64,000 bases of DNA from a candidate division Kazan bacterium RIFCSPHIGHO2_01_FULL_44_14. Its GTDB lineage: Bacteria > Patescibacteriota > Kazan-3B-28. Location: the NCBI GenBank assembly GCA_001771185.1, contig METB01000001.1:310848-374847 (forward strand), in the 5' to 3' direction. The translations under genes and the position numbers were made by a program. How positions within the stretch are numbered: position 1 is the first letter of the stretch; every line of letters begins with the position of its first letter. Positions 45,197-55,725 of the stretch are shown here, one piece after another. The notes beneath the pieces are model-generated. The model searched no databases and was not told the origin of the DNA. It saw nothing but the letters and a program-made list of their open reading frames with translations.

Positions 45197-46090
45197 CTAT
45201 TGGCTCGGGGAAGAAACTGCTGGATTTGCACTACGGGGCAGAATCCGGTATTTGGCCCCGTCAGTGGCTACCTCAATCGTCCCATTTTGGTCAGTCCGAT
45301 AGACCGTCGCCCCAGAATCCTTCAGATGGTTAAGGGTGGTTGGGGTGGGGTGACCGAAGTTATTATTGACCCCAACCTCAATCACGGCAATTTCTGGATC
45401 GGCAACCGACAAAAAGGCCGGGCTAGTGGAATATTGGCTGCCATGGTGACCAACCTTTAACACATCCACATCGGAAACGGTGCTGCTGGCCAACAATGCC
45501 TGTTCGTTATTCGCACTGGCGTCACCCATAAACAAAGCCGAAAAATTACCATAGCGCAACTGCGTAATAAGCGATGTCTCGTTGGGGTCTTGGCTGAACG
45601 ACTGGCCAGCGATTGGCCAGAGTAAGTCCAATCTGGTATCGCCAAAATCATATTTTTGGCCAGCAGACGCAATTTGGATAGTAATGTTTTGTTTCGCCAG
45701 TGCGCTCAATAAATTTTCATAGGTAGTAGTCGAGTAGGGTGCCCCACTGTAAATAAATTGTTCAACCGAGTAGCGCTGGAGTACTGTTAACAGTCCAGCC
45801 ACATGATCGGCGTGGGGGTGAGTCAGAATAACCAAATCCAACTGACGATCCCAGGCCGGGAGAACGCTATCCAGTTGCCCAACCACACTTCCATCCGGCC
45901 CACCATCAATCAAAATATGTTTGTGGTCGGCGGTTGAAATTAAAATCGCGTCGCCTTGCCCTACATCTAAAAAGTAGATATGCAATAGTTCGTCTGGCTT
46001 GGCATAGGCAAACCAAGTCACTGCCAAATCGGCGAGCAAGAAACCCACCATCAACCAATGGACAAATTTAAGCCGTAACTTTTTTAACAT
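45197..46090 (-). CDS. comEC: ComEC/Rec2 C-terminal metallo-beta-lactamase domain, as a separate ORF.
   Basis: It has the MBL motif LTHPHADHVAGL and an N-terminal TM helix. It overlaps the end of the upstream ComEC membrane-domain ORF by 23 nt in a different frame. Confidence 0.7.
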   Translation of the reverse strand: MLKKLRLKFVHWLMVGFLLADLAVTWFAYAKPDELLHIYFLDVGQGDAILISTADHKHILIDGGPDGSVVGQLDSVLPAWDRQLDLVILTHPHADHVAGLLTVLQRYSVEQFIYSGAPYSTTTYENLLSALAKQNITIQIASAGQKYDFGDTRLDLLWPIAGQSFSQDPNETSLITQLRYGNFSALFMGDASANNEQALLASSTVSDVDVLKVGHHGSQYSTSPAFLSVADPEIAVIEVGVNNNFGHPTPTTLNHLKDSGATVYRTDQNGTIEVATDGAKYRILPRSANPAVSSPSQ

Positions 46091-47516
46091 AAGGCAGTCG
46101 AGCTAACATAATAATTAGTATCAAATAATAGGCCACCGGGAAAAGGGGAGACAGTTTTGGAACTTGAACGAAAGCCCCCGGCAAGTGACCGAAGAAATTA
46201 ATAATCGTAATTAACAAACTGGTTGGGGCTAGTGCCATCAACCCGATTAGTTTCATAAAAGGTAAGACAGCAAAAATTGCCACACTCACAAAACCAACCA
46301 GCATGGTGATTGGGATAAGCGGAATCACCAACAAATTAGCTAGCAGGGTAACTATCGAGAAACCACCAAAATGAAACATTACTAAGGGTAAAGTAAACAC
46401 CGTGGCGGATAAAGTGGTGGATAACCCTTCTCGCAAAACCGCTGGCCAGCGAGACAAGAGATTACTGAATAGTGGGGTAAGGTACAGTAAGCCGATTGTG
46501 GCTGAAAGCGACAATTGGAAACCAACATCGGATTGCAAAATTAGAGGATTGATTGCGACCATAAAGACCCCGGCCAACAAAATCGCATTGGCCATGTGTC
46601 GTTTCCGCCCCCAAAGAGCAGTCAGCAACAATATCCAACCCATAATCGCAGCCCGAACTACTGAAGCGGCCGCTCCGGTCATTAACACAAACAATAGAAC
46701 TCCGATGCCGGCTCCGAGCAATGCCCACCGCCGACGCAGATGTTTCATCATCCATAAAAAGAATCCGACCACCACCGTAATGTTATAACCAGATAGTGCC
46801 ACAATGTGAGTTGTCCCCGAATTTCGCAAAGCAGTTTTAAAATCGTCCGGCAGTTGGATTCGCATACCCAAGAGCAATCCATCCATCAATGAACTCTGGG
46901 GTTCGGGAAGTAACTGATTAATTTTCCCCTCGAGCCAATGTTTAATTTGATACAGTCCACGGAGGAGATAAAAGTGGCGGGAACCAATCACGGAAATTTC
47001 AGCTTGAGATTGAGCGAGAGCATAAACACCTTCTTTGGCTAAATAGGCGGGATAATCAAAATCATCGGTAATTTCCGGCAGAGTAATCTTGCCGGTGAAT
47101 TTCAACCTGTCGCCATATTGATACCGCGGTAACTGCCAAGTGGTGAGCAAGACCTCGCCGACGGCTGGTTGTGAATTGACCGAATTAATTCGGAGCTGAA
47201 AATTCTGTTGGGTCCCATTAAAGTCCGGGTCACTAACTGCCGTGCCGACCATCTCAACCGTTTGCCCCGCCCATCGACTGACATTATTATTTGGTAAAAC
47301 CGCCACCGCATCGTACCGCCACCAACCCAGCAACAAGAAAATTCCGCACAGCGTTCCCAGTTTAATCGCTGGCCTGGGTGACAACCCAAACACTACCCCT
47401 AGAAGCACTAGACCGATAACGACAGTTACCCATGGTAATCCAAACCTCGAAGCCACTAAAACCCCCAAGAGAAATCCGAGGCCAGTAGCGGTCACCCATT
47501 GGTGTGGACGAATCAC
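46068..47516 (-). CDS. comEC: ComEC/Rec2 competence membrane channel (DUF4131 plus competence domain).
   Basis: It is polytopic with ALSGYNITVVVGFF, a competence-domain signature. Confidence 0.75.
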   Translation of the reverse strand: MIRPHQWVTATGLGFLLGVLVASRFGLPWVTVVIGLVLLGVVFGLSPRPAIKLGTLCGIFLLLGWWRYDAVAVLPNNNVSRWAGQTVEMVGTAVSDPDFNGTQQNFQLRINSVNSQPAVGEVLLTTWQLPRYQYGDRLKFTGKITLPEITDDFDYPAYLAKEGVYALAQSQAEISVIGSRHFYLLRGLYQIKHWLEGKINQLLPEPQSSLMDGLLLGMRIQLPDDFKTALRNSGTTHIVALSGYNITVVVGFFLWMMKHLRRRWALLGAGIGVLLFVLMTGAAASVVRAAIMGWILLLTALWGRKRHMANAILLAGVFMVAINPLILQSDVGFQLSLSATIGLLYLTPLFSNLLSRWPAVLREGLSTTLSATVFTLPLVMFHFGGFSIVTLLANLLVIPLIPITMLVGFVSVAIFAVLPFMKLIGLMALAPTSLLITIINFFGHLPGAFVQVPKLSPLFPVAYYLILIIMLARLPYVKKVTA

Positions 47517-48502
47517 TGCAGATACTTCGCCTTATTGGCGTTATGTTCGTCGAGGGTCTTAGCGTAATATATCACGCCCTCCGGGTCAGTCAGATAATAT
47601 AAATAATCAGAAGCAGCAGGGGAGAGCACGGCCTGGATTGAAGCCAACCCTGGGTTACAAATTGGTCCTGGCGGAAGCCCAGCCACTTTGCGGGTATTAT
47701 AGGGAGAATTGATATTTAAATCGGCTTGAGTAATTGGCCTAGTCCAATTTTCGGTGATATATCGGACGGTGGCATCAACATCCAACCGCATGCCTTTTTT
47801 CAGTCGATTGATCAAAATGCCGGCCACCATTTTTCGGCTCGGGTCAGTCCTGGCCTCTTTTTCAATCAGAGAGGCCAAAGTCACAATTTGATGCAAAGTA
47901 TATTTGGACGATTTTAATTGAGTGTCTACCGTGGCAATCCGTTGTTTGAAGTTATCAAGCAACTGTACTAGCAAATCCCGAACCGGTGTACCCTGATTCA
48001 TGTTGTAAGTGTCGGGAAAGAGATATCCTTCCAACGAATTGTCGGGACGGGAGGTGAGAAAAGTAAAATCGGGCGGGAAGTTGTCAGCCGCTTTCAGAAA
48101 ATCAGTCGCCATGATAATATTTTTCTTTTCTAAAAGTTCGGCAATCTGGTTTGTAGTGTAGCCCTCTGGAATGGTCACTCTGGCGGTAGCAGTTTGGTTG
48201 TGGACAATGATGTAAGCGATTTGCCACGCATCCATCCGCGGGGAAACATTATAAGTCCCGAACTGGACTACGCCAGTCCGATTTAATTTAAACGCCACCT
48301 GTGTCCCAAAAGTGGATCGAATAAAACCCTGGTCCGATAAATTCGCCACAATATCGGCAATCGTGTCATCCCGTTCGACTGCGAACAGGGTCTGATTTTC
48401 GGCCTGGAAATCTTTCGGAGCGAACCAGACCAAGTAGGCGCTAATCATCACTATGACTAGCGCCCCCAGGATAGTTAAAAGAATGGTTTGTTTCTTAGCC
48501 AA
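47513..48502 (-). CDS. mltG: Endolytic murein transglycosylase MltG (YceG).
   Basis: It has an N-terminal TM, the YceG signature EGYLFPDTY, and a catalytic Glu context. Confidence 0.85.
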   Translation of the reverse strand: MAKKQTILLTILGALVIVMISAYLVWFAPKDFQAENQTLFAVERDDTIADIVANLSDQGFIRSTFGTQVAFKLNRTGVVQFGTYNVSPRMDAWQIAYIIVHNQTATARVTIPEGYTTNQIAELLEKKNIIMATDFLKAADNFPPDFTFLTSRPDNSLEGYLFPDTYNMNQGTPVRDLLVQLLDNFKQRIATVDTQLKSSKYTLHQIVTLASLIEKEARTDPSRKMVAGILINRLKKGMRLDVDATVRYITENWTRPITQADLNINSPYNTRKVAGLPPGPICNPGLASIQAVLSPAASDYLYYLTDPEGVIYYAKTLDEHNANKAKYLQ

Positions 48503-48508
48503 AGCCGT

Positions 48509-48694
48509 TTACCGGTTTTGCATAATCTCTTTGAATGCGACCAAGACCAACAGGACTGGCCAGTAGGCCAACAGTACCCGGTCAACCAAACCCAAGTTGA
48601 TCAACAAAACCACCACCCCGACCACCAAGAGAATCAGTTGGTCAAACATATCCATTTCACCGAACAGGAAATGATTGTGCGGACCTTTCGCCAT
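48509..48694 (-). CDS. Small hypothetical membrane protein (61 aa).
   Basis: It has two hydrophobic segments and sits between ruvA and mltG in the same orientation. Existence is uncertain. Confidence 0.3.
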   Translation of the reverse strand: MAKGPHNHFLFGEMDMFDQLILLVVGVVVLLINLGLVDRVLLAYWPVLLVLVAFKEIMQNR

Positions 48695-48721
48695 GATAAC
48701 TCCTTAAATAATTACTTAATA

Positions 48722-49285
48722 TTATTTACCCAACAGTTTGAGCGCGTATTTGATTCGGTCTTCCGTATCGGATAAATCTTTGGGGATGTCGGACAGAATT
48801 TGCTTGACCTCATATGCATTATACCCCAGCGAGGTAAGCGCAGTAAGTAAATCACGCGCATCACCGGCGAATTTGGTGTCGTTAAAATCCAATTTGCCTT
48901 TCAATTCAACGATAATTCGTTCAGCAGTTTTTTTACCAATCCCGCTAATAGTAGTGAAAATTGCTACTTCACCGCCGGCGATTGCTGAACGAAGTTCCTC
49001 GACTTTCCCGGCGTTCAGAACCCCGAGAGCACTTCTTGGACCCACCCCAGACACCCCAATTAATTGGGTGAAAAAGTTTAGTTCGGCTTCGGTCAAAAAT
49101 CCGTACAAACTCATCTGATCTTCCCGCACCACCAAGTAGGTAAGTAAACTGACGGGAGCGTTAATCGAATAATCAGCCACAACTGCATGAGTGGTCGAAA
49201 CTTTATACCCGACTCCACTAGAAGTAGCAATTAACAACCAATCGAGTCCTTTGGATTGAACTGTGCCGGAGATACTAGCAATCAT
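48722..49285 (-). CDS. ruvA: Holliday junction DNA helicase RuvA.
   Basis: It has an N-terminal OB domain (MIASISGTVQ...), tandem HhH motifs (GVGPRSAL, GIGKKTAERI), and a C-terminal domain III. Confidence 0.9.
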   Translation of the reverse strand: MIASISGTVQSKGLDWLLIATSSGVGYKVSTTHAVVADYSINAPVSLLTYLVVREDQMSLYGFLTEAELNFFTQLIGVSGVGPRSALGVLNAGKVEELRSAIAGGEVAIFTTISGIGKKTAERIIVELKGKLDFNDTKFAGDARDLLTALTSLGYNAYEVKQILSDIPKDLSDTEDRIKYALKLLGK

Positions 49286-49782
49286 TTGAGAGTTTGCTCA
49301 AGAGTATAGGAGTGGGCGCAAGTAATGGCGATGGCCAAAGCATCGGCCGCATCGTCTGGCTTCGGAATACTTGGTAGGCCCAATATCATTTTAACCATTT
49401 TTTGGACTTGTGACTTGTCGGCTCGGCCATAACCCACAATGGCCTGCTTAACTTGGAGAGGAGTGTAGGAGTAAACCGGGAGTTTGGCGGCCGCAGCAGT
49501 TTGAAGTAGTACTCCTCTGGCCTGCGACACACTCATGGCAGTTGTTACGTTACGCATAAAAAATAGTTCCTCAACCGCCACCAGATCGGGCTGATATTGG
49601 CGTAAAATTACCCCTAACTGTTTCGCGATTTCGTGTAGCCGACGAGCCGGCAACTCGGTTTTGGCAGTCACAATACAGCCGTGAGCAATATAATGAGCAC
49701 TAACTCCATCATGAACTACCACGCCATAACCGGTCGTGGCTGTACCCGGGTCTAGTCCTAAAATAATCATCGCTTCTTTCAC
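49282..49782 (-). CDS. ruvC: Crossover junction endodeoxyribonuclease RuvC.
   Basis: It starts MIILGLDPGTATTGYGVV and has the RNase H fold catalytic acidic residues. Confidence 0.9.
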   Translation of the reverse strand: MKEAMIILGLDPGTATTGYGVVVHDGVSAHYIAHGCIVTAKTELPARRLHEIAKQLGVILRQYQPDLVAVEELFFMRNVTTAMSVSQARGVLLQTAAAAKLPVYSYTPLQVKQAIVGYGRADKSQVQKMVKMILGLPSIPKPDDAADALAIAITCAHSYTLEQTLK

Positions 49783-50516
49783 TCAACCTCCAATAAATTA
49801 TCGTCGATATCAAAATTGGCAAAGATCTCACTCACATCCGGATTCTCATCAAGAACATCCATGAGATTTAAAACTTTTTTAGCCAGAGCGGCATCGGTAA
49901 TTTTTGTTGTGGTAGTAGGAACCATTGTCAGTTTATCCTCTAGTACCTTTACCCCGGCTATCGTTAAGTTCTGTTTCACTTGATTCAAATCTTTGGGTTG
50001 AGTGTAAACCTCCCAAGTATCGTCCGTATCTTGAAAATCCGATGCCCCTGCATCGATAAACTTCATTTCCATGTCTGGTTCGGTCTTGGGAACAATTAAT
50101 ACTCCTCGTTGTTGGAATTGCCAAGCCACCGAACCGTTGTTTCCTAAACTACCACCGGCTTTAACAAAGATATTTCGCAGTTCCGAAACTGTTCGGTTTC
50201 GGTTGTCGGTTAGGGTTTGAATCGTCACCGCCACATTACCAGGACCTAGCCCCTCATACACCACTTCTTCAATCTGACTTTTATCAGCATCCAATCCAGC
50301 CCCCTTGCGAATAGCTTTTTCAATATTGGCCATCGGCATATTCCCACTTCTGGCCTTCTGGACCGCTAACTTCAGTCGGGGATTCATTTCTAAGTCAGCG
50401 CCATAACGAGCAGCTACCTCGATTAGCCGACCAAGTTTAGTGAACTCGGCCCCTCGCTTAGCATCGGTGACACCTTTCTTGCGTTTAATTGTAGACCACT
50501 TAGAATGTCCGGACAT
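49779..50516 (-). CDS. yebC: YebC/PmpR-family transcriptional regulator.
   Basis: It starts MSGHSKWSTIKRKKGVTDAKRG. Start is taken at that Met; the ORF track extends to 50576. Confidence 0.9.
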   Translation of the reverse strand: MSGHSKWSTIKRKKGVTDAKRGAEFTKLGRLIEVAARYGADLEMNPRLKLAVQKARSGNMPMANIEKAIRKGAGLDADKSQIEEVVYEGLGPGNVAVTIQTLTDNRNRTVSELRNIFVKAGGSLGNNGSVAWQFQQRGVLIVPKTEPDMEMKFIDAGASDFQDTDDTWEVYTQPKDLNQVKQNLTIAGVKVLEDKLTMVPTTTTKITDAALAKKVLNLMDVLDENPDVSEIFANFDIDDNLLEVE

Positions 50517-50775
50517 AGAAATGGATTTAGAATAAGAAAGGGATTCGGAACGACCTTGGTTATTTAAGTATAACAAACTCGCCTCAGGACAAGATAATCT
50601 GTCTTGCGCCTACCTAACCCGACCAACCTATATATAATAGTGGAGTATGCCCCGTAGAGAAATTTAGATTGCCCTATTGGGTATGGCCCCATAGTGCAAC
50701 ATCTGTTCATCTCACAGGGCAACTCACACTAGTGAGTTATCTTGTTGGCATAATATCTAAATTCTTCTACGGGGT

Positions 50776-52878
50776 ATGTCTGACCTATTGACCGGGCTTA
50801 ATCCAGAACAAGCCAAAGCCGTGAAACAAATTAAGGGTCCTGTCTTGGTATTGGCCGGAGCGGGGAGTGGGAAGACCAAAGCCCTAACCCACCGAGTGGC
50901 GTATTTAGTAAATGAAGAAAAAATCTCGCCGGACAAAATTCTGGCGATTACTTTTACTAACAAAGCCGCTGGCGAAATGCGCGAACGGGTCAAACGAATT
51001 ATTGGAACTCGGAGCAATAAAAACTTTAATATCAGTACCTTCCATTCCTTCTGTGCTCGGATGCTCCGACGCGAAGCCCACCATTTGGGCTACGCCCCCA
51101 GTTTCAGTATTTTAGATGCCGATGACCAACTTACTGCCATCAAGCAAGCCATGGAGCAGTTGCAAATGGATACTAAAAAGATTGTTCCAGAAGCGGTTCG
51201 ATCACACATTTCTTCGGCCAAAAATGAATTACTCGACGAAGATGCTTACGCCAAAATCGCCAACGGCGCTTTCCAACAAGCAGTTGCCAAAATCTACCGA
51301 CTATACCAAGACATCCTTCGGCGCGCTCAAGCCATGGATTTTGACGACTTGCTAATGAACTTAGTAGTAATTCTCCAACAACATCCCGAAATACTTGACC
51401 GGTACCAAAATCAATTTCAATATATTTTAATTGATGAGTATCAAGATACGAACACAGCCCAATATCGGCTAAGTCAACTTCTGGCCAACAAACACCATAA
51501 CCTATTTGTGGTCGGGGACGACTGGCAATCGATTTACTCATGGAGGGGCGCGAATTTCCGAAACATCTTAAACTTCCATAGTGACTATCCCGACGCTAAG
51601 ATTATTAAATTAGAACAAAACTACCGTTCAACTCAAAACATTCTCGACTCGGCCCATGCCGTCATCGCCCACAATAAACACCGAAGCGACAAAAAACTAT
51701 GGACCGACCAGACCCAAGGAGAGCTTCTAACTGCCTATGAGGCACTGAACGAAAAAGATGAAGGAGATTTCGTGGTCCGAGAAATCGCGGCTTGGCGAGG
51801 GCGTACCAATGCCTCATTGAATGATTTTGTAATTTTATACCGGACCAATGCTCAATCCAGAGCGCTAGAAGAAACCATGCTCCGGGCTGGAATTCCATAC
51901 CGAGTAGTGGGCGGAGTCAAATTCTACGAGCGCAAAGAGATTAAGGACATGTTGGCTTTTCTGAAATTGCTACACAACCCTGGTGACAATTTAGCACTTG
52001 GCCGAGTAATCAATCTGCCAGTGCGCGGGATTGGGAAAAAGACCCTGCAATCGCTTGAACAAGAAGCCCGAATAGCCGATGTCGGAATGTATCATTACCT
52101 TACTCACTTGGCCAACCCAACTCCGGCCATCCAAGATTTTGTGGCGGTAATGAAAAAAATTGAATCCAAAAGTACTACTCTCACACTTAGTCGGCTACTC
52201 GATTTTATTCTGCTGACTACTGGCTATCAAACCTTGCTAAAGAGTGAGGGAATAGAGGGGGAGACCCGGTTAGAAAACATCGCCGAACTAAAATCGGTAA
52301 TGGAAAAATACGACCATCTAGCACCCAAAGAAGCGCTCACTACTTTTCTAGAAGAAGTGGCTCTTATTTCTGACATTGATAATGTCGATACCGCCGATGA
52401 TGCCGTAACAATGATGACGATGCACACCGCTAAAGGGTTGGAGTTTGATTTTGTATTTATTGTTGGCGCCGAAGAAAATCTCTTCCCTCACAGCCGAAGT
52501 TTGTTTGACCAAGAAGAATTGGAAGAAGAGCGCCGACTGTGTTACGTCGGGATTACTCGAGCCAGAAAGAAAGTGTATTTCACCCACGCCCAAGAGCGCC
52601 TTATCTACGGTAGTATCCAGTCCAACCATCGTTCCAGATTCATTGATGATCTGCCTGACGAGTTGGTAGAGTTCGTTCGCCGATCCGGTCCGGTCAGCGC
52701 CATCGGTTCTGGGCATCGGACTGGCAACCGATTACAGCCAGGAGTTCGCGTAATTCATCAAAAATTTGGCCCCGGGACAGTCATCAGCCAAAGCGGCGAT
52801 ATTATCACAGTCGCTTTTGTAAAAACTGGGATTAAGGATTTATCCGCCGACTTAGCCGGCCTGAAAGTTAAAACATGA
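50776..52878 (+). CDS. pcrA: ATP-dependent DNA helicase PcrA/UvrD.
   Basis: It has Walker A (AGAGSGKTKALTHR), the conserved UvrD motif III context (DDWQSIYSWRGA), and motifs V and VI. Confidence 0.9.
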   Translation: MSDLLTGLNPEQAKAVKQIKGPVLVLAGAGSGKTKALTHRVAYLVNEEKISPDKILAITFTNKAAGEMRERVKRIIGTRSNKNFNISTFHSFCARMLRREAHHLGYAPSFSILDADDQLTAIKQAMEQLQMDTKKIVPEAVRSHISSAKNELLDEDAYAKIANGAFQQAVAKIYRLYQDILRRAQAMDFDDLLMNLVVILQQHPEILDRYQNQFQYILIDEYQDTNTAQYRLSQLLANKHHNLFVVGDDWQSIYSWRGANFRNILNFHSDYPDAKIIKLEQNYRSTQNILDSAHAVIAHNKHRSDKKLWTDQTQGELLTAYEALNEKDEGDFVVREIAAWRGRTNASLNDFVILYRTNAQSRALEETMLRAGIPYRVVGGVKFYERKEIKDMLAFLKLLHNPGDNLALGRVINLPVRGIGKKTLQSLEQEARIADVGMYHYLTHLANPTPAIQDFVAVMKKIESKSTTLTLSRLLDFILLTTGYQTLLKSEGIEGETRLENIAELKSVMEKYDHLAPKEALTTFLEEVALISDIDNVDTADDAVTMMTMHTAKGLEFDFVFIVGAEENLFPHSRSLFDQEELEEERRLCYVGITRARKKVYFTHAQERLIYGSIQSNHRSRFIDDLPDELVEFVRRSGPVSAIGSGHRTGNRLQPGVRVIHQKFGPGTVISQSGDIITVAFVKTGIKDLSADLAGLKVKT

Positions 52879-53474
52879 CACCAAGTAGCCGGGGGGCAAT
52901 ATTGGCATTAGTCGGATTAGCTTTACTGGCCAGTGGGTTGTCTTGGCAAAAACCGGTTTTGGCTCAACCCAAAACCGTAACCCTCCAATTTAATGGCTTA
53001 CCTTGGAAATTAGAAACTCAAGCCCAAGACATTGCCGAATTATTATTACAGTCATTCGGCGATTACGAAAATTGGAACATTGATCCAGCCCCTAAAACAG
53101 CGATTACCGACCAAATGACAATTACCATTCAAGACAGTAGCGCTAGCGCTCTAACTAAATCAGTCGCTATAAACCTCCAAGCCGAAATTAAAAAACGCGA
53201 AGAAGCCCAAGCCGAACCCAAGTCGCCAATCTATGCTGGTCTGGCCACCTGGTATGATTTTGGGGGCTCGCTCGGAACGGCTAGCCGACAATTCCCGAAA
53301 GGCACACGCTTGAAAGTGGTAGCCGTTAATTCTGGCAAAAGCGTGATAGTAACCGTGAATGATTACGGACCCCAGACCTATACCGGCATTGCTCTTGACC
53401 TGAATCGGCCATCCTTTACTCAACTCGCTCCCCTAGGAGCCGGCAAGATTCAGGTGAAATACTATAAAATTTGA
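52875..53474 (+). CDS. rlpA: RlpA-like double-psi beta-barrel lipoprotein (septal ring lytic transglycosylase family).
   Basis: It has a signal peptide and GLATWYDFGG..TASRQ..GTRLKVVAVNSGKSVIVTVNDYGP, the DPBB RlpA pattern. Confidence 0.7.
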   Translation: MTPSSRGAILALVGLALLASGLSWQKPVLAQPKTVTLQFNGLPWKLETQAQDIAELLLQSFGDYENWNIDPAPKTAITDQMTITIQDSSASALTKSVAINLQAEIKKREEAQAEPKSPIYAGLATWYDFGGSLGTASRQFPKGTRLKVVAVNSGKSVIVTVNDYGPQTYTGIALDLNRPSFTQLAPLGAGKIQVKYYKI

Positions 53475-53751
53475 GAGGGAAACGAGGTGTGACGAATCTT
53501 GAGGAAGGAACGGGGTGTGTTCCTCCCTCAACGGGCAGTTGGGAAACCCAAGCTTCACTTCGTCCAGCCAAGCTGCCCTGCTCCCACCTCCACTCTCAAA
53601 AGTGCGGGGCAAGCTCACTGCTCTCCCTTCCACCCATTAAGATTAATATAGTGATAAGTTATAAGTGATAAATGAATGTGGTTGCCTGTTCGATAGCATT
53701 GATAGTTTCCTGTTTTCCAACTTGTCACTTGTCACCCATAACTCATTCTCC

Positions 53752-54627
53752 ATGTTAGAACTCACTGATCTCCAAACTGTTAAGGGCCTGCTAACCCATT
53801 ACAATCTATCGGCCCAAAAAAGTTTGGGTCAGCATTTTTTGATTGACGCTGGAGCACTCCGAGCCATGCTTGAAGCGGCCGACCTGGGCAAAGGGGACTT
53901 TGTGGTAGAAATCGGACCCGGGTTTGGTGTTTTAACTTTTCCAGTTGCCGAACGAGCCGGGAGGATTCTAGCAGTTGAAACCGATAAGCGATTAATCAGT
54001 ATTCTCAAAGCCCTCGGCAGTGGCTACCCAAATATCGACCTGTTACCAGCCAATATTTTGCGGTTAGAAAGTAAACTTATCCACGAACGCTATCGCCAAT
54101 GGAGCAAAGTTAAAACCGGACGAACCCATTACAAACTGGTCTCGAACTTGCCCTACTATATTACTTCGCCCATTCTGAAACAATTTTTGGAAACCGATTA
54201 CCGGCCCGACTTGATTGTGGTAATGGTCCAAAAAGAAGTTGCAGAACGAATCGTGGCCAAACCCGGGCAGATGAGCATCTTGGCTGTATCAATCCAATTC
54301 TTTGGTCAACCAGAACTAGTCCGCACCGTCACCAAGCAATCCTTTTGGCCTAAACCAGAAGTGGACTCGGCTATTCTAAAAATTACGCCATACCAAAAAT
54401 TGCCATACGATGTAGACGACATCCGATTTTTCTTTAGGATGGTCAAAGCCGGGTTTGGTGAAAAACGCAAGCAACTCCACAACTCTCTTGGTGGAGGACT
54501 TCACTTAGAAGATACTGTCGTGCGGAATTTACTGGCCGGATCCGGGATTGATCCTAAAGCCAGGGCCCAAGAGTTGTCTGTCGAAAGATGGGTGAAACTA
54601 TATCACCAATTAAAAACCGTCCTCTAA
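53752..54627 (+). CDS. rsmA: 16S rRNA (adenine1518/1519-N6)-dimethyltransferase.
   Basis: It reads LGQHFLID...VVEIGPGFGVLT (SAM motif) and NLPYYITSP. Start is taken at MLELTD. Confidence 0.9.
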   Translation: MLELTDLQTVKGLLTHYNLSAQKSLGQHFLIDAGALRAMLEAADLGKGDFVVEIGPGFGVLTFPVAERAGRILAVETDKRLISILKALGSGYPNIDLLPANILRLESKLIHERYRQWSKVKTGRTHYKLVSNLPYYITSPILKQFLETDYRPDLIVVMVQKEVAERIVAKPGQMSILAVSIQFFGQPELVRTVTKQSFWPKPEVDSAILKITPYQKLPYDVDDIRFFFRMVKAGFGEKRKQLHNSLGGGLHLEDTVVRNLLAGSGIDPKARAQELSVERWVKLYHQLKTVL

Positions 54628-55280
54628 TGCTATTTGTCATCGCCACTCCAATCGGTAACTTGCAAGACATTTCCATGCGCGCCCTAGAGACCTTGGGTAC
54701 AGTTAGTTTAATTGCCGCCGAAGACACCCGCCACACTAGACGCCTACTCGACCATTACCACATCACCACCCCACTAGTCAGTTTTCACCAACATAGCCGT
54801 TCACCCAAAGTCGAACAATTGGTCGCTCAAATGAAGACCGGCAAAGATATTGCTCTGGTTACCGATGCCGGAACTCCTGGCATCGCTGACCCCGGTGGGG
54901 TATTAGTGGAAGCGTCTCACCGGGCCGGGATTAAAGTAATCCCAATCCCGGGAGCCAGCGCTATCACTACACTTTTAAGTGCCTCCGGAATTCCCGCTGA
55001 TAGTTTCTTGTTTTTGGGCTTCCCGCCCAAGAAAAAAGGCCGAGCCAGTTTGTGGCAGGAAATGAAAACCATTGCCGTACCAATCGTATTATTTGAATCA
55101 CCCAACCGAGTAGTGAAAACCCTAACTGAAATTCGTGAAGCGCTGGGGGAGAGAGAAGTAATTATCGGCCGAGAGTTGACCAAACTCCACGAAGAGATTC
55201 TGCGCTTACCAATTGGAGACGCAATTGAACGATTCAGCAAACAAACCCCCAAAGGAGAGTTTGTGATTGTGATTAGTTAA
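54627..55280 (+). CDS. rsmI: 16S rRNA (cytidine1402-2'-O)-methyltransferase RsmI.
   Basis: MLFVIATPIGNLQDISMRALETL..AAEDTR is the tetrapyrrole-methylase-like fold. It has a TAATG overlap with rsmA. Confidence 0.85.
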   Translation: MLFVIATPIGNLQDISMRALETLGTVSLIAAEDTRHTRRLLDHYHITTPLVSFHQHSRSPKVEQLVAQMKTGKDIALVTDAGTPGIADPGGVLVEASHRAGIKVIPIPGASAITTLLSASGIPADSFLFLGFPPKKKGRASLWQEMKTIAVPIVLFESPNRVVKTLTEIREALGEREVIIGRELTKLHEEILRLPIGDAIERFSKQTPKGEFVIVIS

Positions 55281-55297
55281 TTTATAATACAAGTACG

Positions 55298-55519
55298 ATG
55301 CCCGCCAAGAAAAAATTGAATGCTAAGGTTCGCCAAGCAATGAGCAAAGCGAAGCCCAAGAAAAGGTTTTTTATTATCCAAATGCCGGAGGACAAAGATG
55401 AAGCCCCACACTGGCTGTTTTGGGTATTAGTAATTCTCTTTGTGACACTTCTGGTCAGTATTATTTGGCAGGGTTTGTCGGTGTCTTCCAGTGTGCAGGC
55501 ATACCTGCCTTACTTATAA
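55298..55519 (+). CDS. Small membrane protein (basic N-terminus, one TM).
   Basis: It is 73 aa and is followed by the hairpins CCGCCAGCTGGCGG and CGGGCAATGCCCG-TTTTTG. Confidence 0.4.
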   Translation: MPAKKKLNAKVRQAMSKAKPKKRFFIIQMPEDKDEAPHWLFWVLVILFVTLLVSIIWQGLSVSSSVQAYLPYL

Positions 55520-55622
55520 AATAAGTAAGGAATAATCAATCTTCAATCCGCCAGCTGGCGGAACAATTATCAAAAAGACCAAAACGGGCAATGCCCGATT
55601 TTTGTTAACCAAACAGTTGCTT

Positions 55623-55689
55623 GTCATTGCGAGTAACCGGAGGGAACGAAGCAATCTGGATTGCCACGGGCTAAAGCCCTTGCAATGAC
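55623..55689. repeat. Palindromic MITE-like element (GTCATTGCGAG...CTTGCAATGAC).
   Basis: The inverted arms were read directly. The internal segment GAAGCAATCTGGATTGCC recurs at 63593. Confidence 0.55.
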
Positions 55690-55725
55690 ATTGATATATA
55701 AAAGAAAGCCCCGGATAGCCGGGGC

